Assembly (NCBI GenBank): GCA_016699045.1
Contig: CP064957.1
Coordinates: 409,784-473,783 of the forward strand
Direction of reading: 5' to 3'
Length of the DNA stretch: 64,000 bases
From: a bacterium
GTDB lineage: Bacteria; Babelota; Babeliae; Babelales; RVW-14
The notes under the pieces were generated by a model. The model was not told where the DNA came from, did not search any database, and was given only the letters and a program-made list of their open reading frames with translations. This document shows, in pieces, positions 1-10,247 of this stretch. A program made the translations under genes and the position numbers. Position 1 is the stretch's first letter; every line of letters starts with the position of its first letter.

Positions 1-905
1 ATTTAAGTAACGTTCCTGGACCATTACGCGATCGTATGGAAATTATTCAACTTTCTGGTTATACCAACGATGAAAAATGCGAAATTGCGCAAAAACACTT
101 GGTTTCCAAAGCTATCAAAAATTCAGGCCTTAATGAAAAAGGCATGGTTTTAAGCAAAGAAATTATTGATTACATAATCCGCCATTATACCCAAGAAGCT
201 GGGGTTCGTGACCTTGATCGTTACATTCAAAAGCTCTGCTCAAAATACGCACGCCACTTGGTTGAAAAAAATAAGAAACTTGTTTTTACCGAAGACAACA
301 TTCAAAAGTATCTTGGACCTTCTCGCATCAGCCCAGAAGAATTAGTTAAATCACACAAAATTGGCGTCACTAACGGCCTTGCATGGACACCATTTGGTGG
401 CGAAATTTTGCAGGTTGAAGCAGCATTGATGCCAGGCAGCGGCAAGCTCTTGCTCACCGGCCAATTGGGCGATGTTATGAAAGAATCAGCTCAAGCCGCT
501 TTGACGTACGCAAAATCGCATGCACAAGACTTTGGTATTGCCGATAGCATGTTTACCAGCTACGATTTACACATCCATCTACCTGCAGGCGCCATTCCTA
601 AAGACGGCCCATCCGCCGGCATATCATTGCTATCATCAGTGCTTTCGGTTTTAACAGGCCGCCAAATTAATGGCGATTTTGCGATGACCGGCGAGCTCAA
701 CTTGCAAGGCAAAGTACTTCCGATTGGTGGACTTAAAGAAAAAATTTTGGCAGCAAAACAGCACGGACTCTGCAATGTTATTCTGCCAAAACTTAATCAA
801 AAGGATTTAACCACCTTGAAAAAAGTAGCTGAAGGTATGAATATCTTTTTGGTTGACGATGTTAAAGAAGTATTAAATCACGTTCTCTTGCCAAAACTAG
901 TCTAA
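1..905 (+). CDS. lon: Lon protease, C-terminal part (5' end outside window)
   Basis: The frame is open to the window edge. The product has the Lon lid region (IQLSGYTNDEK) and a proteolytic domain with catalytic Ser motif DGPSAGISL and Lys motif GGLKEKILAAKQHG. Confidence 0.9.
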   Translation, partial: LSNVPGPLRDRMEIIQLSGYTNDEKCEIAQKHLVSKAIKNSGLNEKGMVLSKEIIDYIIRHYTQEAGVRDLDRYIQKLCSKYARHLVEKNKKLVFTEDNIQKYLGPSRISPEELVKSHKIGVTNGLAWTPFGGEILQVEAALMPGSGKLLLTGQLGDVMKESAQAALTYAKSHAQDFGIADSMFTSYDLHIHLPAGAIPKDGPSAGISLLSSVLSVLTGRQINGDFAMTGELNLQGKVLPIGGLKEKILAAKQHGLCNVILPKLNQKDLTTLKKVAEGMNIFLVDDVKEVLNHVLLPKLV

Positions 906-913
906 TTAAAAAA

Positions 914-945
914 GGGGTGGCGCTGAGACAGCGCCACCCCTTTTA
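914..945. terminator. Bidirectional rho-independent terminator between convergent lon and 961..1479
   Basis: Perfect 10-bp GC-rich stem ggggtggcgc (914..923) / gcgccacccc (931..940) with a 7-nt loop, an A-run upstream and TTTT downstream. Confidence 0.65.
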
Positions 946-960
946 GCTAATCTTTACTTT

Positions 961-1479
961 TTATTTCTTACTCTCATCATCAGCAGCCAACCGATATCCA
1001 CGCAACAGTTCTTGCATATCCGCAATATTATAATCAAGAACTTCCATGTAGTACATCAGCGCCCGATATTTTTTCACTGGCATGGCCGAGCGCGAACCAC
1101 CTTTAACTTCCCAAATATATTCCCGCAGCTTTGTCCGTTCAAAAAGCAAGCGCTGCAAGATGCCAGAAACATAATCAACATCTAATTTTTTAGGATGCAT
1201 ATTATCAAAGCGGGCAACATGCTCACGCTTAACTGCCGAGCAATTATCAATCAATCTAATTAATTCGCCAAAATCGAAGGAGCTAACTTTCCCGCCAACA
1301 AGGGGATCTGAACCTTCGGTCAGCTCGCGAATACGAACTTTTTCAAGGTGATAAGGCAGGGGCGTACGAACGACATCGCCTTCTTCATGCAAAAAGCGAT
1401 AGGCTGCCCTCGTCGCAATTACGGCGGCAAAGGCGGTAAAAATGAGATACAAAAGGTACTTTTTAGTTAAATATTTCAT
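961..1479 (-). CDS. Hypothetical membrane-anchored protein
   Basis: 172-aa ORF with an N-terminal hydrophobic anchor (YLLYLIFTAFAAVIATRAA). No recognisable domain. Confidence 0.5.
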   Translation of the reverse strand: MKYLTKKYLLYLIFTAFAAVIATRAAYRFLHEEGDVVRTPLPYHLEKVRIRELTEGSDPLVGGKVSSFDFGELIRLIDNCSAVKREHVARFDNMHPKKLDVDYVSGILQRLLFERTKLREYIWEVKGGSRSAMPVKKYRALMYYMEVLDYNIADMQELLRGYRLAADDESKK

Positions 1480-1697
1480 GTTTCATACCTTACTCATGCC
1501 CTTCAAAATTAATTCAAAAAACAACTTTTTGGGTACTCCCTGCACAAAGACATACCTCTTCAATTTCTAATTGTAAATCATTTCAGCAAGAAAAGCAATA
1601 AATAAATGGCTCAAAATGCCGATTTTAAAACCATTTCTTAGACTTTTTTCAAACAATTGCAGGGCTATTAAGCCAAAAAGCCGATCTAAAGCCGGTA

Positions 1698-3425
1698 TTG
1701 ACAGAGTCCCTCAATCTTGATTACATTGTAACCACTATGAATATTTTTAGCCTAATTTTAGGTATTTTTTTTACTTTTATCAGCACGGCGACCTTGTCGT
1801 ATATATCGATTGCCACGATGGTTGGACCATGGATGGCCCCAACCCTCGTTTTGCTGGGCAAAATACTCTTTAAAATGTATCCAGCTTCTCTTAGCACTGA
1901 CAAGGTTAAACAAGAACTAGTTTTTACTCAAGCCGTAGGTGCTGTTGGCGGGACCATTGCAACCGGTATTGGCTTCACGTTGCCAATGCTTTATTTTCTG
2001 GATGAACACATTTTAAACTCCTGGCTTGCAAGCCCTGTTCAATTTTGCCTTTTTATCGCACTCTGCTGCCTTGCTGCCGGCAGCTTTGGCATCATGCTGG
2101 GACGCTTTTTTGTAAAGCCAATGATCCAAGAAGAAAAACTGTCCTTCCCTGTCAGCCAGCTAACGTACAGCGTAGCTAACTCAGATGCCAATGCCACGCA
2201 AGCAAAAAGCCTTGGCTGGGGCATAGCAAGCACAACCCTGCTTTGCGTAGCCCGAGACGGAATCTTTGCGCTCAAGGGATTTATACCCAAAACCGTAACA
2301 CTCCTTCCATCAGTTTTTGGCAGCGTCTTTGCGTTGTCAATTTGGCCCACCCTCTGGTCGATCGGCTTTACCGCAGGCCTTGGCGTTGCCATTCCGCTTT
2401 TGGTAGGCATTATTTCGCGCTATTATGTTTTACAGCCACTCAACGATCACGCAAATTATCTTTCCTTCAATTTGTTTACCCCTTTTGATTTTGTAACATT
2501 TTCGACCGCTTTTTGCTCCGGCCTGGTCCTGACCGATTTTCTTGCCGGCCTAGCAAAAAACCCCGCCATCATGGTCAACCGCTTTAAATTGTATGCCGCC
2601 AACATTGCCTACGTGGTAAATATTGCGGCTTCCACCATTAAAAATGCACTCGGCCTAACACAACGCTCAACAAAAACAAAACACGGGGCTGTTTTCAAAA
2701 ACATCAGCTTGTTCCATATTGAAACGGTTGCCGCCCTTGCAAGTTCAATAGGTCTTTTATGGTACTTAGAATTCAGTTGGTTGGCTCAAGGAGTATTTCT
2801 GCTCTCTACCGTTATTGCCACCTACGAAATTTGTTTTATTGGCGGCGAGATTGGGCTTATCCAATTTGGACGCTTTGCAACCTTTGTCTTAATTCCTATG
2901 CTGCTCTTTTTCAAACCGAACCCCATTCAAATTACCGTTATTTGCATGTTTTTTTCAATCTGCGCTTCAACCGCCTCAGATTATCTTTTTGATTTTAAAA
3001 CCGGCGAGCTTGCCGCCAGCAACCAACGCCGCCTGCACGGCGCGCAATGGCTGGGCCTTGTGGTAACAGCACTTTCCGTCGGCGCCATTTTATACTTACT
3101 GTTTACCAAGCTTGGCATTGGCTCGCAAGATCTTTTTGCACATCGCGGCAGAACCAAAGCGTTGCTCATTCAAACACTCAACTTTAATCCGTACGTTGTT
3201 GGTATGGGCTTTTTGTATGGCTTGTTTTTGAGACAAATAAAAGTTAACCCAACCATGACGTTGGGCGGCATTATCATGCCAAACCATATTTCTTTCGGTC
3301 TTATTCTTGGCGGCTTGTGCACAAAGCTTGTTAAAAACAAACAGCGCTACATGCCATTTTGTGCCGGTGTTTTTGCTTGTGAATCGCTTTGGATTTTGAT
3401 TTCTTTAATTCTCAAAATGTTCTAG
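1698..3425 (+). CDS. Polytopic membrane transporter, OPT (oligopeptide transporter) family-like
   Basis: 575-aa protein with many hydrophobic helices. The segment EEKLSFPVSQLTYSV resembles the conserved LxFPSGxA loop of OPT transporters (from memory). TTG start at 1698, alternative ATG at 1737. Confidence 0.5.
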   Translation: MTESLNLDYIVTTMNIFSLILGIFFTFISTATLSYISIATMVGPWMAPTLVLLGKILFKMYPASLSTDKVKQELVFTQAVGAVGGTIATGIGFTLPMLYFLDEHILNSWLASPVQFCLFIALCCLAAGSFGIMLGRFFVKPMIQEEKLSFPVSQLTYSVANSDANATQAKSLGWGIASTTLLCVARDGIFALKGFIPKTVTLLPSVFGSVFALSIWPTLWSIGFTAGLGVAIPLLVGIISRYYVLQPLNDHANYLSFNLFTPFDFVTFSTAFCSGLVLTDFLAGLAKNPAIMVNRFKLYAANIAYVVNIAASTIKNALGLTQRSTKTKHGAVFKNISLFHIETVAALASSIGLLWYLEFSWLAQGVFLLSTVIATYEICFIGGEIGLIQFGRFATFVLIPMLLFFKPNPIQITVICMFFSICASTASDYLFDFKTGELAASNQRRLHGAQWLGLVVTALSVGAILYLLFTKLGIGSQDLFAHRGRTKALLIQTLNFNPYVVGMGFLYGLFLRQIKVNPTMTLGGIIMPNHISFGLILGGLCTKLVKNKQRYMPFCAGVFACESLWILISLILKMF

Positions 3426-3433
3426 GAACAGAT

Positions 3434-4183
3434 ATGTACCCAAATAAAATTAAAGAAGCTGAAGCTCTCCAGCAAGAGATTGCCAGCTATCGCCCACTTA
3501 ATGATTTTCAACGCAATCAACTCAAAGAATATTTCAGAATCAGTTTAACGTACACCAGCAATGCCCTTGAAGGCAACTCGCTCACAGAAACTGAAACAAA
3601 AGTTATTTTAGAAGATGGCATTACCATCGGCGGCAAAACACTGCGCGAACATTACGAAGTTGTGGGCCATGCGCAAGCGTACAATTATCTGCTCACATTG
3701 GTACATCAAGATGGTTTTACCGAAGACGATATCAAAAAATTGCATCAACTTTTTTTTGAAAAAATAGACCGTTCAAACGCAGGCGTTTACCGCGCAGTGC
3801 CTGTTTTTGTTACTGGCTCAGATTTTGAATTTCCCGCTCCTCATAAAATTGCTTCGCTCGTGAACGATTTAGTCAACAATCAAAAAATCTTAAAAGCACA
3901 ACATCCCATTGAATATGCCGCCATCGCGCATAACCAATTAGTTACCATCCATCCCTTTGTTGATGGCAATGGTCGCACCGCACGCTTACTCATGAATCTT
4001 TTACTGATACAAGCCGGCTATCCAATAACTATTATTCCACCCGTTGTCCGAACCGACTATTTAACAAGCGTTAAGGCTGGCAACAAAGGCAATCACGAGC
4101 CTTTGATTAATTTTCTTTCCTGTATGACGTGGAAAAGCGCCAAAGATTACTTGAGAATGTTGCGCACCCTCAATCAAAAATAA
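3434..4183 (+). CDS. Fic-domain protein (AMPylase family), class II with intramolecular inhibitory helix
   Basis: Canonical Fic motif HPFVDGNGRTARLLMN. The N-terminal inhibitory motif (S/T)xxxE(G/N) is present as SNALEGN. The ATG at 3434 avoids overlap with the upstream transporter (the ORF track starts at 3389). Confidence 0.9.
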   Translation: MYPNKIKEAEALQQEIASYRPLNDFQRNQLKEYFRISLTYTSNALEGNSLTETETKVILEDGITIGGKTLREHYEVVGHAQAYNYLLTLVHQDGFTEDDIKKLHQLFFEKIDRSNAGVYRAVPVFVTGSDFEFPAPHKIASLVNDLVNNQKILKAQHPIEYAAIAHNQLVTIHPFVDGNGRTARLLMNLLLIQAGYPITIIPPVVRTDYLTSVKAGNKGNHEPLINFLSCMTWKSAKDYLRMLRTLNQK

Positions 4184-4283
4184 TCCACATTCATAATTCC
4201 CTTGTATTTCAAAATTACCTTTTCTTATAGTTAACTTACGTAGAATGTCTTTTATGAATTTATTTTGGGGAGAAGGGGACTTT

Positions 4284-4964
4284 ATGAATAGAATAAAGTT
4301 ATTTTTAGCATCGGCCTTACTGGTAAACGCAAGCATGCAACTTAACGGGGCAGCTCACGAAGAATTAAAACTCAAAAAAAACTGCGAAGGAGCAGCAATC
4401 GTTATTTTTGTTCACAATTCTAACGAAGATTATGAAGGCACACGCACGAGCGACATTATCACCGCCGTAAAAAAACTGCACAAAACAAACAAGATGTTTG
4501 CAAAACTTTTAACACACGAAGTAGACGCAGCAAAACACGACACCAGTAACGAATACTTAGCGGCATTAAAAACAGCTTACGAACAAGCGGGCGCTCGAGC
4601 AGTTAAGATAGTTTACCCTGAAAACCATACTCTCGAATTTCTTCAAGAACTCAATTCACAGGTCGCAGCCCCAAACAGCCGTGGATTCGACATTCATCAA
4701 ATGGAAGAAGACGTTCAAGACGTGGTAAAATTCGCCAACGAAAATTCAGAACAAATCCACGGTGCCTTGGAAGGAGCAACAGCTCTGGGCGATATTATTC
4801 AAAAACAAAGCGCAGAAAATGCCGCATTGCCACCAGCACAAAAAAGAAAATGGTACCAACGTGCGGGTGCTTGTATTTGTACCGCAGCTCAAGATCCAAA
4901 GGTACAAGAAGGCGTTGTAGATGCCGCTAAACTGGCTCTACAACTTGCTATGATGTTTGCTTAA
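4284..4964 (+). CDS. Hypothetical secreted protein
   Basis: Signal-peptide-like N-terminus MNRIKLFLASALLVNASMQLNGAA at an internal ATG of ORF 4245..4964. No known domain recognised. Confidence 0.5.
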   Translation: MNRIKLFLASALLVNASMQLNGAAHEELKLKKNCEGAAIVIFVHNSNEDYEGTRTSDIITAVKKLHKTNKMFAKLLTHEVDAAKHDTSNEYLAALKTAYEQAGARAVKIVYPENHTLEFLQELNSQVAAPNSRGFDIHQMEEDVQDVVKFANENSEQIHGALEGATALGDIIQKQSAENAALPPAQKRKWYQRAGACICTAAQDPKVQEGVVDAAKLALQLAMMFA

Positions 4965-4984
4965 AAAAACTAAAGGAAATAATT

Positions 4985-6064
4985 ATGAAAAGGCTTTTTT
5001 TTCTAAGTATTTTTGCTTTCGCTGCTTTTACACGCATGCTGCACGCTCAAGACGCCATCATTCTTACACATGGCGCTTTTGCTGCCTCAAACACCTGGAT
5101 GCTGCCTGGCTCAGCATTTTATAAAAACGTCGAGCTTGCAACTAAAAACACCGCCGATATTTATCCGTACTACTGGGAGCAACCATTTGGCGGCCTTTTT
5201 GATATTGAAAAAATTAACGCAGCCAAAGAACTCGCAACGTTGGTGATTATGCTCAAAGCAAGCGGTTACGATAAAATTTCTATCATTGCACATAGCTACG
5301 GCGGGCATGTAACAGCTCTTGCAAGCCAACTTTTAAATGCAAATAAGCCATCGATAGAAGTAGTCGATACCACACAACAACCAAGCGCACGCATCGCAAC
5401 AGATGCCTTGATATATTCAAACGATAACGAACAATCTTTTAATCAAAATTTTTGCAACGCACAGCAACAAATCGCTCAAACAAGTAGCTTGCTTAAAACA
5501 TTTGATGCCCTGCCAACAGCAACTCGCACCGAACAAGATGGCCAAAATTATTATATCAACATTGTTTACACGCTAGCAACCCCAACAGACCCGGTAGAAT
5601 TCCCAATCGACACGACCACCGTTCAGTATATTATTAATGGCTGGTCTGAAAACGATCTCGTACAAGAACTCGTAAGCGGCCAAAAAATAACAATCAATCC
5701 ATCGCGCGCCATTAATCTTGAATTTTTTATACCAGAAAACGAACAAGACACAGAAGGATTTTGGAACATTATGCTTGATTTTATTAACTGGCTTCTTGGT
5801 TATGAACAAGAAGCCAGCCCCGACCATATCGAAATGCGTAGCAGTATTATCGGTCGCTGGCTGCCAAAGGTACCTTTTGAATTGCAAGCACAAGGCATTA
5901 ATGGTTTTGAAAATTTTACGTTTGAAAAAGATGGGATACTAACATTTGATCAAAACCCCGAACTACCACCTTTTATAAAAGTGAATAAATTAACTGCTAT
6001 TTTTAAGTCAAAAATCAACCATTCTGGGGAAAGGCAAGCCTTTCCCCAGAATGTCACTCCATAA
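4985..6064 (+). CDS. Secreted alpha/beta-hydrolase (lipase/esterase-like)
   Basis: Signal peptide MKRLFFLSIFAFAAFTRMLHA, nucleophile-elbow motif IIAHSYGGHV (GxSxG type), and an early THGAF oxyanion-like segment. Confidence 0.6.
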   Translation: MKRLFFLSIFAFAAFTRMLHAQDAIILTHGAFAASNTWMLPGSAFYKNVELATKNTADIYPYYWEQPFGGLFDIEKINAAKELATLVIMLKASGYDKISIIAHSYGGHVTALASQLLNANKPSIEVVDTTQQPSARIATDALIYSNDNEQSFNQNFCNAQQQIAQTSSLLKTFDALPTATRTEQDGQNYYINIVYTLATPTDPVEFPIDTTTVQYIINGWSENDLVQELVSGQKITINPSRAINLEFFIPENEQDTEGFWNIMLDFINWLLGYEQEASPDHIEMRSSIIGRWLPKVPFELQAQGINGFENFTFEKDGILTFDQNPELPPFIKVNKLTAIFKSKINHSGERQAFPQNVTP

Positions 6065-6212
6065 TATTTTACAAAATCACTCAGAAACTAAAAATTAGTC
6101 AAAAAATCTAATACCATTTGTCGAGTAACGCCAAATAAAAAAATAACGTAAAAGCCCTATTTTTGATCTTGCACTATCTCTTTTTACTCAAAAAGGCCCT
6201 TATTTCACCCGT

Positions 6213-6240
6213 TTGACTATCTGAAAGCTTTAGTTAGAAT
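6213..6240 (+). promoter_or_regulatory. Candidate sigma70-type promoter upstream of the LexA-like gene
   Basis: TTGACT (6213..6218), 16-nt spacer, TAGAAT (6235..6240), about 90 nt upstream of the ATG at 6334. Confidence 0.3.
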
Positions 6241-6333
6241 AATAAGACATCTAAGTTACAAAATTAGCACCTTTGCGTCTAATAGCAATTAAATTTAGGG
6301 ATTTAAGTACTATCAATTGTAGGGGGAACTACC

Positions 6334-7008
6334 ATGTTATTATCTACAAGATTACGCGTTAAAGAACTCTTGAGAGAGCGTCGTTGGACGACTAAAGTTC
6401 TCGCGGAGAAAACAGGGATGTCAGAAAGTTATCTGACTCACATTAAAAATGGAACACGTCGCTGGAACGAAGACGCACTTAAAAAGCTGGCGGCAGCATT
6501 TGAACTTCTTCCTACGGATCTTTTTGATTATAAAAAAGACCGCACCAACGAAGTAAACGCAGACATTCAACTGCCATCAAGTGCAGAAAAAATCGATTTG
6601 GCTATTCAAGTAGTGCCTGTTGTTGGGCAAATTCCAGCACAGCCATCGGCTTATAATAACCAAATTACGCAACACGCTACCGGCTATAACAACCAATTTG
6701 TTCCGGTTTTGGGTACCAATGATGACGCCATGTTTTGTCTTCATGTCAAAGACAACATGCTTGCACCACGCTTTGCAAAAGGCGATTTCCTTGTTATTTC
6801 TCCTGGTCAATGGACCAATTCAGGCGATTTAGTTGCTGTTGAGTATGGCGATGAAAGCCCGGTTCGTGAAATTGCACAGGTAAATTACATGGAAGAATTT
6901 GTGGTTTTTGAATCAGTGAACCATAAAAAGGCGCCAATCGCCCTGGTACGCGGCAAAGACTCCTTCCGCATTATCGGCAAGGTAATTTATCGCTATCAAG
7001 CACTGTAA
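6334..7008 (+). CDS. XRE-type HTH regulator with LexA/S24-like C-terminal domain lacking catalytic residues
   Basis: N-terminal HTH (TKVLAEKTGMSESYLTHIKNG). The C-terminal segment FCLHVKDNMLAPRFAKGDFLVIS...LVAVEYGDESPVREI...RIIGKVIYRY aligns by eye to the LexA S24 fold, but the Ser position is Asn (DNM), the Lys position is Arg (VRE), and there is no Ala-Gly cleavage site (VGQIPAQP). Confidence 0.65.
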   Translation: MLLSTRLRVKELLRERRWTTKVLAEKTGMSESYLTHIKNGTRRWNEDALKKLAAAFELLPTDLFDYKKDRTNEVNADIQLPSSAEKIDLAIQVVPVVGQIPAQPSAYNNQITQHATGYNNQFVPVLGTNDDAMFCLHVKDNMLAPRFAKGDFLVISPGQWTNSGDLVAVEYGDESPVREIAQVNYMEEFVVFESVNHKKAPIALVRGKDSFRIIGKVIYRYQAL

Positions 7009-7169
7009 AATATCGAGTTGGGCCTTGAAGAAAGGCCTTTCTTTTGCTATAATATACTTTCTATTGAAATTCTTTGGGTACCGTTAGTAATGCATTGTTT
7101 GCATTGCTATCTCCCCCAATGTTGAACGTTTTATAGTTTAACCACCACCTATTCGGGAGAACCTGTATT

Positions 7170-7649
7170 ATGAATATTCGTTACGAAACACTTATGCTCG
7201 CGCCAACCGAGATTACCGATGACGAACTTTCAGCGATTGAAAGTAGCATTGAAAAAATCGCTGCTAACGCGAACGGTCAATTGACCAGTTTTGACAAATG
7301 GGGTAAGTTTCAACTTGCTTATCCAATCAAAGGCCATAGTTATGGCGTTTATGCTTTGGCACGCTATGAAGCACCAAAAGCAGTCCTTTTCCAAACGCTT
7401 GAAGAAATCAAAAGCCTTTTGCTTATCAAGCACAGCGAAACCATCATCAGACATGTAAGCGTACGGATTCCTGCTGATGCTCCTGCTGAGTACCATCGTC
7501 CAGATTCGCTTGATGCTACAAGAAGCAACAATAATTTCGATTCTTTCCTAAAAGAAAACAAAATCGAAAATTTACTTGATAGCGTAGAAGCAAATAGCAA
7601 TGATTTCGGTGCTGACGACTTTAATGTCGACATGAGACCATCCAAGTAA
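7170..7649 (+). CDS. rpsF: 30S ribosomal protein S6 with acidic C-terminal extension
   Basis: MNIRYETLMLAP...FDKWGKFQLAYPIKGHSYGVYALARYEAP matches the S6 core. It lies immediately upstream of rpsR. Confidence 0.85.
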   Translation: MNIRYETLMLAPTEITDDELSAIESSIEKIAANANGQLTSFDKWGKFQLAYPIKGHSYGVYALARYEAPKAVLFQTLEEIKSLLLIKHSETIIRHVSVRIPADAPAEYHRPDSLDATRSNNNFDSFLKENKIENLLDSVEANSNDFGADDFNVDMRPSK

Positions 7650-7670
7650 CCAGATTTAAGGAATTTCATT

Positions 7671-7961
7671 ATGTCAAAAAGATTTAGTCTTCGTATTAGC
7701 TCACGTCTTGTTAAGAAAAAATCACGTAAACAATCTTACTCAACGTCAAAGCATTGCCGCTTTTGCTCAAAGCCAGAACAAGAACGCTTGCTTGATTTTA
7801 AGAACACCGGACTCTTGAAAGTGTTTTTGACTGAACGTCACAAAATTCTTCCTTCACGCGTTTCCGGCAATTGTTTTTTCCATCAACGTACACTTTCTAG
7901 TGCCATTAAAACTGCTCGCAGTATGGCATTGTTACCGTTCTGTGCAATTCACCACATTTAA
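7671..7961 (+). CDS. rpsR: 30S ribosomal protein S18
   Basis: CRFCSK...LDFKNTGLLKVFLTERHKILPSRVSGNC..HQRTLSSAIKTARSMALLPF is the conserved S18 core. Confidence 0.9.
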   Translation: MSKRFSLRISSRLVKKKSRKQSYSTSKHCRFCSKPEQERLLDFKNTGLLKVFLTERHKILPSRVSGNCFFHQRTLSSAIKTARSMALLPFCAIHHI

Positions 7962-7972
7962 AATGGATATCC

Positions 7973-9778
7973 ATGAATAATCAGCAAATACGTACCGATA
8001 TTAGAAATATTGCTATTATAGCACACGTTGACCATGGCAAGACTACGTTAGTTGATCAAATGCTTACTCAATCTGGCACAGCTGTTGAACATGCTGAGCG
8101 GGTCATGGACTCCGGTGATATTGAGCGTGAACGTGGTATTACTATTCTCGCTAAAAACACCTCCATCCAACTGCCAAATGGCAAGATCAACATTGTTGAT
8201 ACCCCAGGCCACATGGACTTTGGTGGAGAAGTTGAACGAACATTACAAATGGTTGAAGGCTTCTTGTTGCTTGTTGATGCGGCAGAAGGCCCACTTCCAG
8301 GCACTCGTTTTGTATTACAAAAAGCATTACAACTCAATTTGAAACCAATTGTTGTTATTAATAAAATCGATCGTAAAGATGCCGACATCGAAAGAACAGA
8401 AGCCCTCATTCACGATTTATTTTTAGATTTGGTAACACATGAAGACCAATTGGTATTCCCAATTGTTTACGGATCTTCACGTGGCGGCTACATGTCCACA
8501 TCGCCAAACGTTACCAGCGGCACCATGCAACCATTGTTTGATGCTATTTTGGAACACATTCCGGCCCCAGTTGCAAAAGCAGAAACCTTACAATTGCTGA
8601 TTACCAACTTGGACTATTCAGACTACATGGGCAGAATTGGTATTGGTAGAATCTTTAGCGGCACGCTAAGCGTTGGTCAGCAAATTATTATTTGCAAGGG
8701 CGAAAAAGCAAGTGCACCGATCAAAGTAACCAAAATTTACCTTTTCGAAGGCCTTGAACGTAAAGAAACACAAAGCGCACGCTTTGGTGATATCGTTGCG
8801 GTTACCGGCTTTGCGGAAGAATTAACCATCGGCTCGACCTTGTGCGACGTTGGTTTCCCAATCCCATTGCCATACATCGACATCGATGAACCCACCTTGT
8901 CCATTTACGTTTCCGTAAACGATTCTCCGTTTGCCGGCAGAGAAGGCAGCTTGCTGACCTCGCGTCAAATTTGGGACCGCCTGGAAAAAGAAATTAAAAC
9001 AAACCTTGCGTTGCGTATTGAACAAACTGAAAACGGCGACACGTTCAAAGTGTCCGGTCGTGGCCAGCTTCATCTTGGTATCTTGATTGAAGAAATGCGT
9101 CGCGAAGGATTTGAATTGCAAGTTTCAGCACCTGAGGTTATTTATAAGACCGTTAATGGTGCTCGTCACGAACCATTCGAATTGTTAACGTTGGACGTTG
9201 AAGAAGAACACCAAGGCGTACTCATGGAAAACATTGGGAAGCGTAAAGGTCTCATGGAAAACATGACCCATTACGGCACGAACAAAGTTAAACTTGAGTT
9301 CAAAATTCCTGCTCGAACCTTGATTGGTTTCCGTAGTGAATTTGTGACCGACACGCGCGGTACCGGCTTGATGAGCCACCGTTTCCACAGCTACGGGCCT
9401 TATGCTGGCGACCTTGATCGTCGTTCAAAAGGCGCTATGATTTCTATGGAAGGCGGCAAAATTACCGCGTACGCGCTTGATGGCTTGCAACCTCGTGGGA
9501 TTCTGTTTGTTAAACCAACTCAAGAATGCTATGAAGGCATGATTGTTGGTGAACACAGCCGCGATAATGACCTTGACGTTAACCCAACCAAAGGTAAGAA
9601 ATTGACCAACATGCGTGCTTCAGGCACTGATGATGCGGTTAAACTTGCCCCACCAAAAGTCATGATACTGGAAACAGCACTTGACTGGATTAACGACGAT
9701 GAACTTATCGAAGTTACGCCGCAATCAATTCGCTTGAGAAAGCGTTATTTGAAAGCAGGCGAACGTAAACGTAAGTAA
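7973..9778 (+). CDS. typA: Translational GTPase TypA/BipA
   Basis: IRNIAIIAHVDHGKTTLVDQML G1 motif, DTPGHMDFGGEVER, NKIDR, about 600 aa, with the BipA-specific C-terminal domain. Confidence 0.95.
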   Translation: MNNQQIRTDIRNIAIIAHVDHGKTTLVDQMLTQSGTAVEHAERVMDSGDIERERGITILAKNTSIQLPNGKINIVDTPGHMDFGGEVERTLQMVEGFLLLVDAAEGPLPGTRFVLQKALQLNLKPIVVINKIDRKDADIERTEALIHDLFLDLVTHEDQLVFPIVYGSSRGGYMSTSPNVTSGTMQPLFDAILEHIPAPVAKAETLQLLITNLDYSDYMGRIGIGRIFSGTLSVGQQIIICKGEKASAPIKVTKIYLFEGLERKETQSARFGDIVAVTGFAEELTIGSTLCDVGFPIPLPYIDIDEPTLSIYVSVNDSPFAGREGSLLTSRQIWDRLEKEIKTNLALRIEQTENGDTFKVSGRGQLHLGILIEEMRREGFELQVSAPEVIYKTVNGARHEPFELLTLDVEEEHQGVLMENIGKRKGLMENMTHYGTNKVKLEFKIPARTLIGFRSEFVTDTRGTGLMSHRFHSYGPYAGDLDRRSKGAMISMEGGKITAYALDGLQPRGILFVKPTQECYEGMIVGEHSRDNDLDVNPTKGKKLTNMRASGTDDAVKLAPPKVMILETALDWINDDELIEVTPQSIRLRKRYLKAGERKRK

Positions 9779-9795
9779 GTTTCGTGTTTATAGAC

Positions 9796-9850
9796 TGACA
9801 AAAATTAGGGCCCACAAGTTCTTGGAACTTGTGGGCCCTAATTTTTGTCA
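9796..9850. terminator. Long perfect palindrome / typA terminator (copy 1 of a repeated hairpin)
   Basis: 26-nt arm tgacaaaaattagggcccacaagttc (9796..9821), 3-nt loop, perfect reverse-complement arm (9825..9850). The T-run lies within the right arm. Confidence 0.7.
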
Positions 9851-9950
9851 ACACTCATTCAAAAAACAGTTTTATTGATCAAAAATATTTTTAATGATAC
9901 GTTCTTAGTAGCCTGACAGGTAATTATTGTGAAACTCGTGGAGATTCGAC

Positions 9951-10247
9951 ATGATACCAACAATCGAAAACTATCAAGACAAATTACTTGAAATCATCAA
10001 CAAGCATCTTTCCGAATGCTCAGTATACCTTTTTGGCTCTCGAGCACGCAATACTCATCGAGAGGGTGCCGATATTGATTTGGCGCTTGATTGTGGGAAA
10101 AAACTCGATATTTCTACTTTATTCAAAATTAAATCTGATATTGAAGATTCAACCATTCCTATTTTTGTAGATCTCGTAGATCTGCAAGACGCCTCTCCAG
10201 ATCTAAAAAACGAAATTATGAATGACAGAATTTTATGGCAAAAATAG
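9951..10247 (+). CDS. Minimal nucleotidyltransferase (MNT; HI0073-type antitoxin)
   Basis: NTase signature LFGSRARNTHREGADIDLAL, C-terminal VDLVDL. Overlaps the downstream HEPN gene by 13 nt. Confidence 0.85.
   Translation: MIPTIENYQDKLLEIINKHLSECSVYLFGSRARNTHREGADIDLALDCGKKLDISTLFKIKSDIEDSTIPIFVDLVDLQDASPDLKNEIMNDRILWQK

Noticed and set aside
7054-7169. A possible structured rpsF (S6:S18) autoregulatory leader. A hairpin aatgca-ttgtt-tgcatt sits at 7089..7105, downstream of an extended -10 (tgctataat, 7045..7053).
   Set aside because: I cannot match it to the known leader consensus from memory. A single short hairpin is insufficient evidence, and a covariance-model search (Rfam) would be needed.
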